Both the position numbers and the translations under genes were made by a program. A stretch of DNA of 64,000 nt from NCBI GenBank assembly GCA_038245295.1, contig JBBRSP010000014.1:32001-96000 (forward strand), given 5' to 3'. The notes under the pieces are model-generated. The model saw only the letters and a list, made by a program, of their open reading frames with translations. It had not been told where the DNA came from and did not search any database. How positions within the stretch are numbered: position 1 is the first letter of the stretch; every line of letters begins with the position of its first letter. Positions 36,566 to 45,650 of this stretch are shown one piece after another. The DNA is from Candidatus Binatia bacterium. GTDB lineage: Bacteria > Desulfobacterota > Binatia > HRBIN30.

Positions 36566-37251
36566 GCCAGGTGTATCTCCCAGAGAACCTCGCCGCTGGG
36601 CAGACGTCGCGACTCCAAGGTGCCACCGTGCAGTTCGATGACCCGCTGTGCCACGGCGCGGTGGACATCCGCCTCGGCTGAGAGGCTGACCAACCCAGGG
36701 GCCAGCGTAACGTCGATGATCGCACGCGGACTCGGACCAACCGCCCCAGACGTGCCCGCCACGTAGGCCGTCACCCGCACGACCGCCGGATTGGCGGCCA
36801 CTCGCGGGGGCGCCAGTGACTTCATCAAACTGTCGAACCCTAGGGCCAACAACCCCGGGTCGAGATCCAGCATCGCATCGAACCCGCACTGCACGTCAAG
36901 ACGCGCCCGTGTGCCAAGTACCATGCGCAACCGCTGAACCAAGGCATCCATTGCGGTTCGCAGCGGCAACGCCATGGGTTGAATCGCGCGCAGCGACAAA
37001 TAATCGAGCACCACGCGTAGGAATTCGTCCAATCGGCCCACCGCGCCGCGGATCTCTTCACCCAGGAGACTGTCGGTTTCGGCCGTCCGGTCGGCCAGAT
37101 GCTGCATCCGCTGGAACAGATTTCCCAGCACGTGACCAATCGCATCAACGACGTCCATGCGTAGCGGCGCCAGCAATTCGCTGGGTGCGAATTCGCCACG
37201 CGCCGCACCGGCACCGGTCGCCGTGCGTTCCAACCCGGGTACCGCCGTCAA
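36553..37251 (-). CDS. Degenerate, sensor-less histidine-kinase-like protein
   Basis: H-box-like IGHVLGN and C-terminal RVIELHGGTL; no N, G1 or G2 boxes; overlaps regulator start. Start uncertain. Confidence 0.55.
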   Translation of the reverse strand: MTAVPGLERTATGAGAARGEFAPSELLAPLRMDVVDAIGHVLGNLFQRMQHLADRTAETDSLLGEEIRGAVGRLDEFLRVVLDYLSLRAIQPMALPLRTAMDALVQRLRMVLGTRARLDVQCGFDAMLDLDPGLLALGFDSLMKSLAPPRVAANPAVVRVTAYVAGTSGAVGPSPRAIIDVTLAPGLVSLSAEADVHRAVAQRVIELHGGTLESRRLPSGEVLWEIHLACRA

Positions 37252-37450
37252 GCCGCGCTCCCGACCGCAATGGACGCGTCGAGAAGGCCGCTCTTGCGTT
37301 TGTGTAAAGTCTGCATCGATTCGAAGCGTTAACCCGTACCTAGGCCCTGCAACTTTTTCAAGTCAAACCGGATGAGAGGCAGAAGACTTTGCCGACGCCC
37401 CCCGGGACGCGTGGACAGAAGGGCGCGCATGTGGTTGAGCCAGGCGGACG

Positions 37451-38269
37451 ATGCTGAGCCTGATGCGTCACCCGCTCGTGCAGTTCTTCCTTCTTGGCGG
37501 CGCTTTGTTCCTGGTCTACCGCCAGGTGCAACCGCCGACCGACGACCCGAGGCGGATTCACATCAGCGCCGGCCTGGTCGAGGGATTGAGGCAAGACCAG
37601 TTGCGGCGCCTCGGCGCCCTCCCCTCCGCCGACGACGAAGCGGCCCTGGTGCAGCGCTACGTCGACGACGAGATCCTGCAGCGCGAAGCCGCCGCGCTAG
37701 GGCTCGGTCGCGGCGATATCATCATCCGCCGCCGGCTGATTCAGAAGATGGAGTTTGTTCTGGAAAACTCCGACCCGCCGGGTGAGCCAACCGATGAGGA
37801 CCTGCGACAAGTTTTGCGAGCCCACCCCGAGCGGTACGCCCTGCCCCCTCGCACCTCGCTGCAGCACATCTTCGTCAGCAAGGATCGCCACCCAAGCGAC
37901 GGCGCCGAGGAGGCCAGTCGCTTGCGTGTCGACATCGAGCACGGAACCGAACCGCGCATCCTGGGTGAGCCGTTTCTGCAGGGCCTCGATCTGCCGATGC
38001 GTAGCGATACGGAGCTGACCAACCTGTTCGGACCCGAATTCGTGACCGCCGTCCACGCCATGCGCCTGGGCGTCTGGTCACAACCCATCGCCTCGCGCTT
38101 TGGCTGGCACCTCGTCCTGGTGCGCGAACGCGGCGGCGCCGTAGCGCCCCCGCTCGACAGCATTCGCGTCCGCGTCACCGAGGACTGGCGTGCCGACCAA
38201 CGCGAGCGCGCACGTCTCGATGGACTCGCCGAGCTCCGCCGGCATTACACCGTGACGCGCACGCCATGA
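37451..38269 (+). CDS. PpiC/parvulin-type peptidyl-prolyl isomerase-like membrane protein (Rotamase_2)
   Basis: P.VQFFLLGGALF, EILQREA..LGL..GD.IIRRRL.QKMEF, WSQPIASRFGWHLV. Confidence 0.85.
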   Translation: MLSLMRHPLVQFFLLGGALFLVYRQVQPPTDDPRRIHISAGLVEGLRQDQLRRLGALPSADDEAALVQRYVDDEILQREAAALGLGRGDIIIRRRLIQKMEFVLENSDPPGEPTDEDLRQVLRAHPERYALPPRTSLQHIFVSKDRHPSDGAEEASRLRVDIEHGTEPRILGEPFLQGLDLPMRSDTELTNLFGPEFVTAVHAMRLGVWSQPIASRFGWHLVLVRERGGAVAPPLDSIRVRVTEDWRADQRERARLDGLAELRRHYTVTRTP

Positions 38270-39276
38270 GACTCGCCTGGCTCGTCCCGTTGCTGCTGTC
38301 GTGCGTAGGGCATCATGAAGCCCGGGCCCACGCGTTCTCGCCCGGTCTTCTCGAAGTGCAACAGCAGACGGCCGACAGCTTCCTCGTCCACTGGACCCCG
38401 CCGCGTGGTAGCGCCGAGAGCGAAAGTGGAAATCTTAAAGTGGAGCCGATCTTCCCGGCCGACTGCACCAGCCAGCCACTCGCCGGTGACGACAGCGGCG
38501 CCGCCACCCTGCTGCTGCGTTGCGGCGATCAAGGTCTCGACGGCGCAACCTTGACGATCCGCAATCTCGCCGTCAGCCGCAGCGACGCCCTGGTTCGCCT
38601 GCGCTGGCTTGACGGTAGCGACCTCTCGGGCGTCGTCCATGCGGGTGCGCCGGAGTTGCGCGTCCCTGCCGGCTCGCGGCACGGCTCGGGCTGGCAGGTC
38701 GGAGCTCACTATGCACAGCTCGGAGTGAGGCATATCGCCGCAGGCTGGGATCATCTGATGTTTCTCTACCTGCTCGTCTTGCTGGCGCGTGCCAGGCATC
38801 CGACGGGAACGGGTCTTGCCAAATCGGTCCTGTGGACAGCAACCGCATTTACCCTGGCGCACAGCATTACCCTCTCGATGGCGGCGCTCGGGGTGCTGCG
38901 GCTGGCACCGCAGCCGGTGGAGGCGACAATCGCCCTGAGCATCTGCTTTTTGGCCGCGGCATTGGTCCCCAAGGGTGTAACCACGCTGCGGCATCAGGAC
39001 GCGGCATTTGCCTTCGGGCTCTTGCATGGCCTTGGCTTCGCCGGCGCGTTACGCGAGGCTGGCCTACCGCCGACTCATTTGCCGCTGGCGCTGCTTTCCT
39101 TCAACGTCGGCGTCGAGATCGGTCAGATCCTCTTCGTCTCGGCCGTGATTGTTGCCGTTGCCGGCGTGGAGCGCATCGGCCTGACGCCACGGCGATTGCA
39201 ACTGGCATCCGCATACGCCATGGGAGTCGTGGCCGCCGCCGCAACAATCGAAAGAGTAGTCCTGTTTTGGAGGTAG
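38266..39276 (+). CDS. HupE/UreJ family membrane protein
   Basis: Signal ending AHA, LGVRHI..GWDHLMFL, TAFTLAHSITL, VEATIALSI, FGLLHGLGFA, FNVGVEIGQ. Confidence 0.9.
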   Translation: MRLAWLVPLLLSCVGHHEARAHAFSPGLLEVQQQTADSFLVHWTPPRGSAESESGNLKVEPIFPADCTSQPLAGDDSGAATLLLRCGDQGLDGATLTIRNLAVSRSDALVRLRWLDGSDLSGVVHAGAPELRVPAGSRHGSGWQVGAHYAQLGVRHIAAGWDHLMFLYLLVLLARARHPTGTGLAKSVLWTATAFTLAHSITLSMAALGVLRLAPQPVEATIALSICFLAAALVPKGVTTLRHQDAAFAFGLLHGLGFAGALREAGLPPTHLPLALLSFNVGVEIGQILFVSAVIVAVAGVERIGLTPRRLQLASAYAMGVVAAAATIERVVLFWR

Positions 39277-39284
39277 GTTTGAGC

Positions 39285-41435
39285 ATGAGGTTCCAACTGC
39301 GCACGGCGATTGCCATCTCCCTGGCATTGGTCTGCAGCCTCGCCCTCCCGGCATCACCGGCAGCGGCGGTTTGCGGCGGTGATTGCGACAGCTCCGGCGA
39401 AGTGACCATCGATGAGCTCGTCACCCTGATCAACATTCCGCTCGGATCGCTTCCTCTCGCGCGTTGCCCACAAGGTGATCGCAATGGTGACAGCGAGATC
39501 ACCATCGATGAGATCGTCGCCGCCGTGAACAATGCCCTCGGCGGCTGCCCGGTCGACGCAACCCCAACGCCGTCGCCGACCGAGACGCGCCAGCCCACCC
39601 CCGAACCAACCTGTCCGAGTTTCAACGCCACCGGTAATGTCTACTTCGGCGACCTACACGTACACACCATCAATTCGTTCGACGCTCACATGTTCGACGT
39701 ACGCACGACGCCCGAAGAAGCCTACCGCTTCGCGCGCGGCGACACGGTCCTGTTGCCGCCGCTCGACAGCAACGGACACGGGACGCGAGCGGTACATCTC
39801 GATCGGCCGCTCGACTTCACCGCAGTAACCGATCACTCCGAGTTTCTGGGCGAAGTCGAAAATTGCTACGTGCCAGGGTCACCGAGCTACGATGTCGAGA
39901 CCTGCCAGCTCTTCCGCCGGGGCAGCTACGAAGGAGTGCGCGCCTTCGGCCTGCGCCTGTCGATGTCCAAACCGGTACGTTTCCCCGACATCTGCGGCAC
40001 GAATAACCGTATCTGCCTCGAGACTGCCGCGCCGGTTTGGCAACGCATCCAGGACGCCGCGGCGCAGGCCAATGATCGCTGCAACTTCACTTCGTTTGTC
40101 GGCTACGAATACAGCCTGGCCACGGGCGCCAGCACGCTGCATCGCAATGTCATCTTCCGCAACGAACATGTGCCGTTCCCGATCAGCGCCTTCGAGCAAC
40201 GCACACCGCTCGGTTTGTGGCGCGAGCTCAAGAACGCCTGCCTCGACGCCGGCACCGGCTGTGATGTCCTCGCCATCACGCACAATGCGAACGAGAGTAA
40301 CGGTAAGATGTTCCGCATCGAGTATCCGGGAGCAACGACGCTAGATGATCAGCGCGGCCAGGCCTCGCTGCGGGCGCAGCTCGAACCGCTCTTCGAAATC
40401 TATCAGCACAAAGCCAACTCAGAGTGCCTCGACGGTCTCTCCGGAATTCTTGGCGCGCCGGATGAGCAGTGCAACTTCGAGCGGCGGCGGCCGGCGCCCA
40501 TCGATGATTGCGGTGATGGCATCGGCCAGACCGGGGCCACCGGCAACGGCTGCGTGTCGCGTTACGACTACATCCGCAATGTCCTCCTTGGCGGCATGGC
40601 CGAAAAGCAGCGGTTGGGAGTCGACCCCTTCAAGGTCGGCTTCATCGGCAGTACCGACACCCATAACGGCACACCCGGCAACACCGAGGAGTCCAATTTC
40701 GTCGGTCACCGCGGCCTCGACGACGACACTCCGGAGAAGCAACTGGGCGCCGGAGTTCTCACCGACGGCGGTCTCATCTTCAGCGGCGGTGGACTCGCAG
40801 GAGTCTGGGCGCCACAGAACACCCGCGAGGCGATCTTCAGCGCTTTGCGGCGCCGCGAAACCTTCGCCACCAGCGGCACGCGTCTGACCATCCGCGTCTT
40901 CGGCGGCTGGGAGCTGCCGCAGAATATCTGCGCGGATCCGAACTTCGCGCAGGTCGGCTCGAGCCTCGGTGTCGCCATGGGCCAGGATCTCGCCAGCCGC
41001 CCGATCAGTGCCGGCGCGCCATCGTTCGCGGTTGCGGCGATGCGGGACCCCGGCACCGAGCAACGTCCGGGCACGCCGTTGCAACAGTTGCAGGTCGTCA
41101 AAGGATGGGTCGACGGCGGCGAGCTGCACTACAAGGTCTTCGACGTCGCCGGCAACCCCAACAACGGAGCGTCCGTCGACATGAATACCTGCACCCCCCA
41201 AGGTAGCGGCGCCGATTCGTTCTGCGAGCGTTGGACCGATCCGGAATTCAACCCGGCCGTGCCGGCGTACTACTACTTCCGCGTCATCGAAAACCCGTCT
41301 TGCCGGTGGAGCACGTACGTATGCAACCGCTTGCCGGTCGACCAGCGACCGGCGGCGTGCGCCGATCCGGCCACGCCGCGAACCATTCAGGAGCGCGCCT
41401 GGAGCTCGCCGATCTGGTATCAGCCGCAGGGGTGA
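39285..41435 (+). CDS. Secreted DUF3604 (PHP-like) protein with N-terminal Cys-flanked dockerin/EF-hand-like module
   Basis: Signal peptide; CGGDCDSSGEVTIDEL...DRNGDSEITIDEI...GC; PT linker; YFGDLHVHT..SFDA, LDF.AVTDHSE, LHRNVIFR, STDTHNG, QERAWSSPIWY. Start reset to ATG 39285. Confidence 0.88.
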   Translation: MRFQLRTAIAISLALVCSLALPASPAAAVCGGDCDSSGEVTIDELVTLINIPLGSLPLARCPQGDRNGDSEITIDEIVAAVNNALGGCPVDATPTPSPTETRQPTPEPTCPSFNATGNVYFGDLHVHTINSFDAHMFDVRTTPEEAYRFARGDTVLLPPLDSNGHGTRAVHLDRPLDFTAVTDHSEFLGEVENCYVPGSPSYDVETCQLFRRGSYEGVRAFGLRLSMSKPVRFPDICGTNNRICLETAAPVWQRIQDAAAQANDRCNFTSFVGYEYSLATGASTLHRNVIFRNEHVPFPISAFEQRTPLGLWRELKNACLDAGTGCDVLAITHNANESNGKMFRIEYPGATTLDDQRGQASLRAQLEPLFEIYQHKANSECLDGLSGILGAPDEQCNFERRRPAPIDDCGDGIGQTGATGNGCVSRYDYIRNVLLGGMAEKQRLGVDPFKVGFIGSTDTHNGTPGNTEESNFVGHRGLDDDTPEKQLGAGVLTDGGLIFSGGGLAGVWAPQNTREAIFSALRRRETFATSGTRLTIRVFGGWELPQNICADPNFAQVGSSLGVAMGQDLASRPISAGAPSFAVAAMRDPGTEQRPGTPLQQLQVVKGWVDGGELHYKVFDVAGNPNNGASVDMNTCTPQGSGADSFCERWTDPEFNPAVPAYYYFRVIENPSCRWSTYVCNRLPVDQRPAACADPATPRTIQERAWSSPIWYQPQG

Positions 41436-41445
41436 GGCGTGGGGT

Positions 41446-41486
41446 GTCGGACCTGTCAGACCTGTCGGACCCGTCGGATCGGTCCG
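41446..41486. repeat. 9-bp tandem repeat, about 4.5 copies (consensus GTCGGACCT)
   Basis: GTCGGACCT GTCAGACCT GTCGGACCC GTCGGATCG GTCCG directly after the DUF3604 stop. Confidence 0.8.
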
Positions 41487-41623
41487 TAGCCCAGTTGCCA
41501 CGTCGACGTTGCACCTCTGCAACGCCCCAGGTGCGCCGCTTGTCGAGCCAATCGATCGAGCGTTATGAGGTGGCACGGTCCCGAACTTGCTCCTGTTGCC
41601 AGCATGACAATGCAGGTTGAACG

Positions 41624-42580
41624 ATGAGCCGACGCCTTTTGCATCCGCTGACGCTGGCCGCCTTTGGCTTTTCCACGGGCGTCTTCGATGCCGTGCTGTT
41701 GCGTAGCCTCGGACTGGTATTCACCGTTGGATCTCACGATGCGACGGCCATTGTCGGCCTCTACTTTGGTATTTCGTTCGCCGGGCTCGGTCTGCTCCTC
41801 GGGTACGTCATCGCTGGTCGGCGACGTGACGCGGAAGCCAACCGCACCATCGCGGCCCAGTTGACGGCTTTGCAAGCGGCCCAGGAGCGCTTGGCGCAAT
41901 CCGAGAAACTGGCGGCGCTTGGACAGCTCGCCGCCAGTATCGCTCACGAGGTACGCAACCCTCTGGCCGTCATCCGCTCGGCAACACAAGAGCTGGCCGA
42001 GACGGCGCCCAGCGATGCCAATCAGGTCACCCAGGCCAGCCGCTTTGTCCTCGAAGAGATCGATCGCCTCAACAACGTGATCTCCTCGCTGCTTACGTTC
42101 GCCCGACCGCCTCAGTTGAACGCCAAGAGAATCGACCTCACGGATATCCTCACACGTGCCATCGACCTGTCGAACCATCAACTACGCGCTAAGCATATCC
42201 GGGTCGATGTCGAGGCGACGTGCCGCGAGGCACAACTGTACGGTGACCCAGACCTGCTGACGCAGGCCTTCGTTGGTTTGCTGAGCAACGCCGCCAGCGT
42301 CGTGCCGCCGGACGGTCGCGTGACCGTCGCAGCGCGGCGTCAGGATGCTGCCGTCGAAGTGGACATCACCGACAGCGGCCCAGGCGTGCCAGTCGAGCTG
42401 CGCAAGCGCATCTTCGAACCCTTCTTCACGACGCGCAGCGAAGGCACGGGGCTCGGCCTCGCCATCATCCGTCAGATCATCGAAGCCCACGCCGGCAGCA
42501 TCCAGGTCACCGACAGTCGCAGCGGCGCCTGCTTCCGCTTGCGCCTTCCCGCCGCGGCGGCGTCGCTGGCAGGCGCCTGA
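41624..42580 (+). CDS. Membrane-bound sensor histidine kinase (NtrB-like)
   Basis: Two TMs; EKLAALGQLAASIAHEVRNPL, LLSNA, DSGPG, FEPFFTT, GTGLGL. Confidence 0.93.
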   Translation: MSRRLLHPLTLAAFGFSTGVFDAVLLRSLGLVFTVGSHDATAIVGLYFGISFAGLGLLLGYVIAGRRRDAEANRTIAAQLTALQAAQERLAQSEKLAALGQLAASIAHEVRNPLAVIRSATQELAETAPSDANQVTQASRFVLEEIDRLNNVISSLLTFARPPQLNAKRIDLTDILTRAIDLSNHQLRAKHIRVDVEATCREAQLYGDPDLLTQAFVGLLSNAASVVPPDGRVTVAARRQDAAVEVDITDSGPGVPVELRKRIFEPFFTTRSEGTGLGLAIIRQIIEAHAGSIQVTDSRSGACFRLRLPAAAASLAGA

Positions 42581-42583
42581 ATC

Positions 42584-43927
42584 ATGCAGCCGCACATTCT
42601 CATCGTCGACGACGAAGCGAAGATGGCTGAGGTCATCGCCATGGCGCTCACCCGCACTGGGTATGACTGCGTGACGTGCACCGACGGCGAAGCGGCCATG
42701 GCACGTTTCGAGTCGGACGGAGCCGATGCCGTAATCACCGACTGGAAGATGCCGGGGATGGACGGCATTGAGCTCATGCGCCGCTTACACGCGTTGCGCC
42801 CACAACTGCCCGTGATCGTGCTGACGGCGCATGGGAGTGTGCCCTCGGCGGTCGCCGCGATGCGCGACGGCGCTTTCGACTACGTCACGAAACCCTTCGA
42901 TAACAACGAACTAAAGGCGGTTTTGGCGCGCGCCCTGCGGATGCAAACCCTCGAACGCGAAAATCTGTATCTGCGGCAGGAGATCGCCAGCCGCTACACG
43001 CCTGACGCAATCGTCGCCGCCAGCCCGCGCAGCCGCGAAGTCCTCGATCTCGTTCGCCGCGTCGCCCCCAGTCGTGCGAGTGTGTTGATTCAAGGCGAGA
43101 GCGGCACCGGCAAGGAGCTCGTGGCGCGCCTACTGCATTACTGGAGTGACCGCGTCGGCGAGCCATTCGTGGCGATCAACTGCAAGGCATTTGCCGAGGG
43201 TGTCCTCGAGAGCGAGCTCTTCGGGCACGAAAAGGGCGCGTTCACCGGGGCCAGCTCGACGCGGGTCGGCTGCTTCGAGCGCGCCAATAGCGGCACGCTG
43301 TTTCTCGACGAGATCGGCGAAGTCAGCGTCGAGTTCCAGGCCAAGCTGTTGCGTGTCTTGCAAGAAGGCGAAGTCTTGCCGGTCGGCGGCAACCGCGCCC
43401 GCAAGATCAACGTGCGGGTCGTGGCGGCAACCAATCGTAAGCTGACGGAAGAAATGGCAGCGGGCCGTTTTCGCGAAGATTTGTTCTTTCGCCTTAACGT
43501 CATTCCGGTGCAGCTGCCGACGTTGCGCGAACGCAAAGAGGACATCCTGCCCCTGGCGCAGCACTTCCTGGCGCGCTTCGCGGCGGAGGCGTCGCGGCCG
43601 CTGTCGTTCAGCGCCGAGGTAGAGGCGGCCCTCGTCGCTCACGAGTGGCGCGGCAATGTTCGTGAGCTCGAGAACACGATCGAGCGGGCCGTCGTATTGT
43701 GTCGCGGCGCCGAGATCCAACCGGAGGACCTCCTCCTCACGGCGATGCCCGGCGCGGGAGTTGTTGCCAGTGGCGGCGACTTGCAGTCCGTCCTCGATCA
43801 AGCCACCGCGGCGCGCATTCGCAGCGCTCTACAAGCCACCAATGGTCAGCGCGCCGAGGCAGCCAAAGTCCTCGGCATCGAGCGCACGACCTTGTACCGA
43901 TTGATGCGCAAGCTGGGGATTCAGTGA
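42584..43927 (+). CDS. Sigma-54-dependent response regulator (AtoC/ZraR-like)
   Basis: [50 protein letters not shown]. Confidence 0.95.
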   Translation: MQPHILIVDDEAKMAEVIAMALTRTGYDCVTCTDGEAAMARFESDGADAVITDWKMPGMDGIELMRRLHALRPQLPVIVLTAHGSVPSAVAAMRDGAFDYVTKPFDNNELKAVLARALRMQTLERENLYLRQEIASRYTPDAIVAASPRSREVLDLVRRVAPSRASVLIQGESGTGKELVARLLHYWSDRVGEPFVAINCKAFAEGVLESELFGHEKGAFTGASSTRVGCFERANSGTLFLDEIGEVSVEFQAKLLRVLQEGEVLPVGGNRARKINVRVVAATNRKLTEEMAAGRFREDLFFRLNVIPVQLPTLRERKEDILPLAQHFLARFAAEASRPLSFSAEVEAALVAHEWRGNVRELENTIERAVVLCRGAEIQPEDLLLTAMPGAGVVASGGDLQSVLDQATAARIRSALQATNGQRAEAAKVLGIERTTLYRLMRKLGIQ

Positions 43928-43967
43928 CTCTTGAGCCCTCTCCCGGTGTTGGTAGGGCGTCGCCAGA

Positions 43968-44741
43968 TCACTCCCCGTGGTCCGGCCGCCACGCTCCCGA
44001 CGCGTAGCGCTCGAGGCCGCCGAACATCTCGCCCGACGCCAAGCTGGTCATGCCATGCCGGTACTCGCCCAACAGTGCTTCGGCGAGACTCAAGGACCAT
44101 TGCTCGTACGACGATAGACGATCGCCGCGCAGCGCCGCCTGCGGCCGCGACGCAATCTCATGCGCCAGGGCGATCGCTTCAGGCAAGGCGCGGCCCGGGG
44201 GAACGAGACGGTTGGCGAGACCCATGCGCAGCGCCTCCGCACCGGAGACGCCGCGGCCGGTGAGGATGAGGTCGAGGGCATGGCTGTGGCCGATGAGTCG
44301 CGCCAGGCGGATCGTTCCGCCGTCCATCAGCGGAATTCCCCAACGCCGACAGAAGACGCCAAAGATCGCATCCTCCGCCGCGACGCGAAGATCACACCAC
44401 GCGGCAACTTCCAGACCGCCAGCAACGGCGTGGCCTTCGACCGCGGCGATCACCGGCTTGCCGAGCAGCATACGCGTCGGGCCGACTGGGCCGTCGCCAT
44501 CCGGCAAAACGCGAGTGACGCGCTCGGGGTCGCCGCCGCGCATCGCCTTGAGGTCAGCGCCGCAACAGAATTTGCCGTTGGCGCCGGTGAGAACGGCAAC
44601 AGAGAGTGAAGCGTCGGCATCGAAGCGTCGGAACGCATCGGCGAGGGCGTCCGCCGTCGGGCGATCGATTGCATTGCCAACCTCGGGCCGATCGATGGTG
44701 ACGACGACGATTGGGCCATCCGGTTCATAGTGAATACTCAT
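43968..44741 (-). CDS. Enoyl-CoA hydratase/crotonase family protein
   Basis: FCCGADLK, KPVIAAVEG.AVAGGLE, CDLRVA, RRWGIPLMDGGT. Confidence 0.92.
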   Translation of the reverse strand: MSIHYEPDGPIVVVTIDRPEVGNAIDRPTADALADAFRRFDADASLSVAVLTGANGKFCCGADLKAMRGGDPERVTRVLPDGDGPVGPTRMLLGKPVIAAVEGHAVAGGLEVAAWCDLRVAAEDAIFGVFCRRWGIPLMDGGTIRLARLIGHSHALDLILTGRGVSGAEALRMGLANRLVPPGRALPEAIALAHEIASRPQAALRGDRLSSYEQWSLSLAEALLGEYRHGMTSLASGEMFGGLERYASGAWRPDHGE

Positions 44742-44813
44742 CGAGTGTTTCCTCCGCAGCGCGGTCTACGACAGTGCGTCGGCCGATGAAACCATCCGAA
44801 TCGTTATCAAGGA

Positions 44814-44995
44814 GTGCTCTCCCAGACCGTCGTCCCGACGAAGGCTGAGCACCGGTGGTTGGACCCGCGCCGCGATCCCTCCGACGCGGGATTATCAGGC
44901 GTGCTGAGGACAATGCAGGGCTGGGCCGCCGTTTCCAACGCTCCAGGAAGCCCCAGGATCGACGATCTCGGGTCGGGGTAGGTCCACCTAGCCAC
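44814..44995 (-). ncRNA. Candidate structured non-coding RNA (family not recognised)
   Basis: Nested complementary segments across an intergenic region, GAAA-capped apical stem on the minus strand, second hairpin at 44814-44852. Confidence 0.3.
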
Positions 44996-45208
44996 ACAAA
45001 CTCAACGTTTTTTGGCGTTTCGGTTCGTTCAGCCGTGTTGGATGGCTGATTTCGTTACGGAATTTCTCGGCGTCCGAGCTCGCTGGCTTGCCCGTCAGAA
45101 CGGATTGCCCCGCCCTCCCTCAATCTCACAGCACCTCGCATTGCAGACCGCGGCCCCGTGGGCGGGCGTTCGGACTCACGTCCCGACTCGGGCCGGCGGA
45201 GCGCGCGA

Positions 45209-45640
45209 TCAGGACTTACCGTAGTCGACGGTGAGCCAATGCTCCGGCTTGATCACAACGATGATCTCCTCGGCGCGCTGTTCGGCCGTCATCTTCAAGA
45301 AGGCTTCGCCACCGCGTTCGCCGAGATACCGATGCGCCATCTGGCGCATGTCGCGCTCGAAGTTCACGGCGTCGAAGGTCACCGGCCCTTCGACGCTGAC
45401 GTATTTGTAGGGTGCCTTCTCCGCCTGCACACACAAACTGGCGCGACCGGCATCGCGCAGCAGCAGGGCTTTCTTCGATGAACCGTGGGTCGAGATGCGA
45501 ATCACTCCGCCGGCTTCGTACGTGTACCACACCGGCACCGCCAGCGGGGCGCGGCCGGGATGGTTGACGCTGAGCACCGCGACGCGCGTGTCGGCGAGAA
45601 ACGCTTCGCGTGCCGCCCGGGTCATCGAAAATTGCGCCAT
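45209..45640 (-). CDS. Pyridoxamine 5'-phosphate oxidase-like split-barrel protein (possibly F420-dependent)
   Basis: EAFLA...VAVLS, P.AVPVWY, SKKA, SLCVQ....PYKYVSVEG. Confidence 0.85.
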   Translation of the reverse strand: MAQFSMTRAAREAFLADTRVAVLSVNHPGRAPLAVPVWYTYEAGGVIRISTHGSSKKALLLRDAGRASLCVQAEKAPYKYVSVEGPVTFDAVNFERDMRQMAHRYLGERGGEAFLKMTAEQRAEEIIVVIKPEHWLTVDYGKS

Positions 45641-45650
45641 GCTTCCTCCG

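Noticed and set aside
38832..39284. N-terminal extension of the DUF3604 ORF
   Set aside because: Overlaps HupE/UreJ in another frame; a signal peptide begins at ATG 39285.
41446..41486. Possible CRISPR array
   Set aside because: Units are 9 bp with no spacers, and no cas genes are present.
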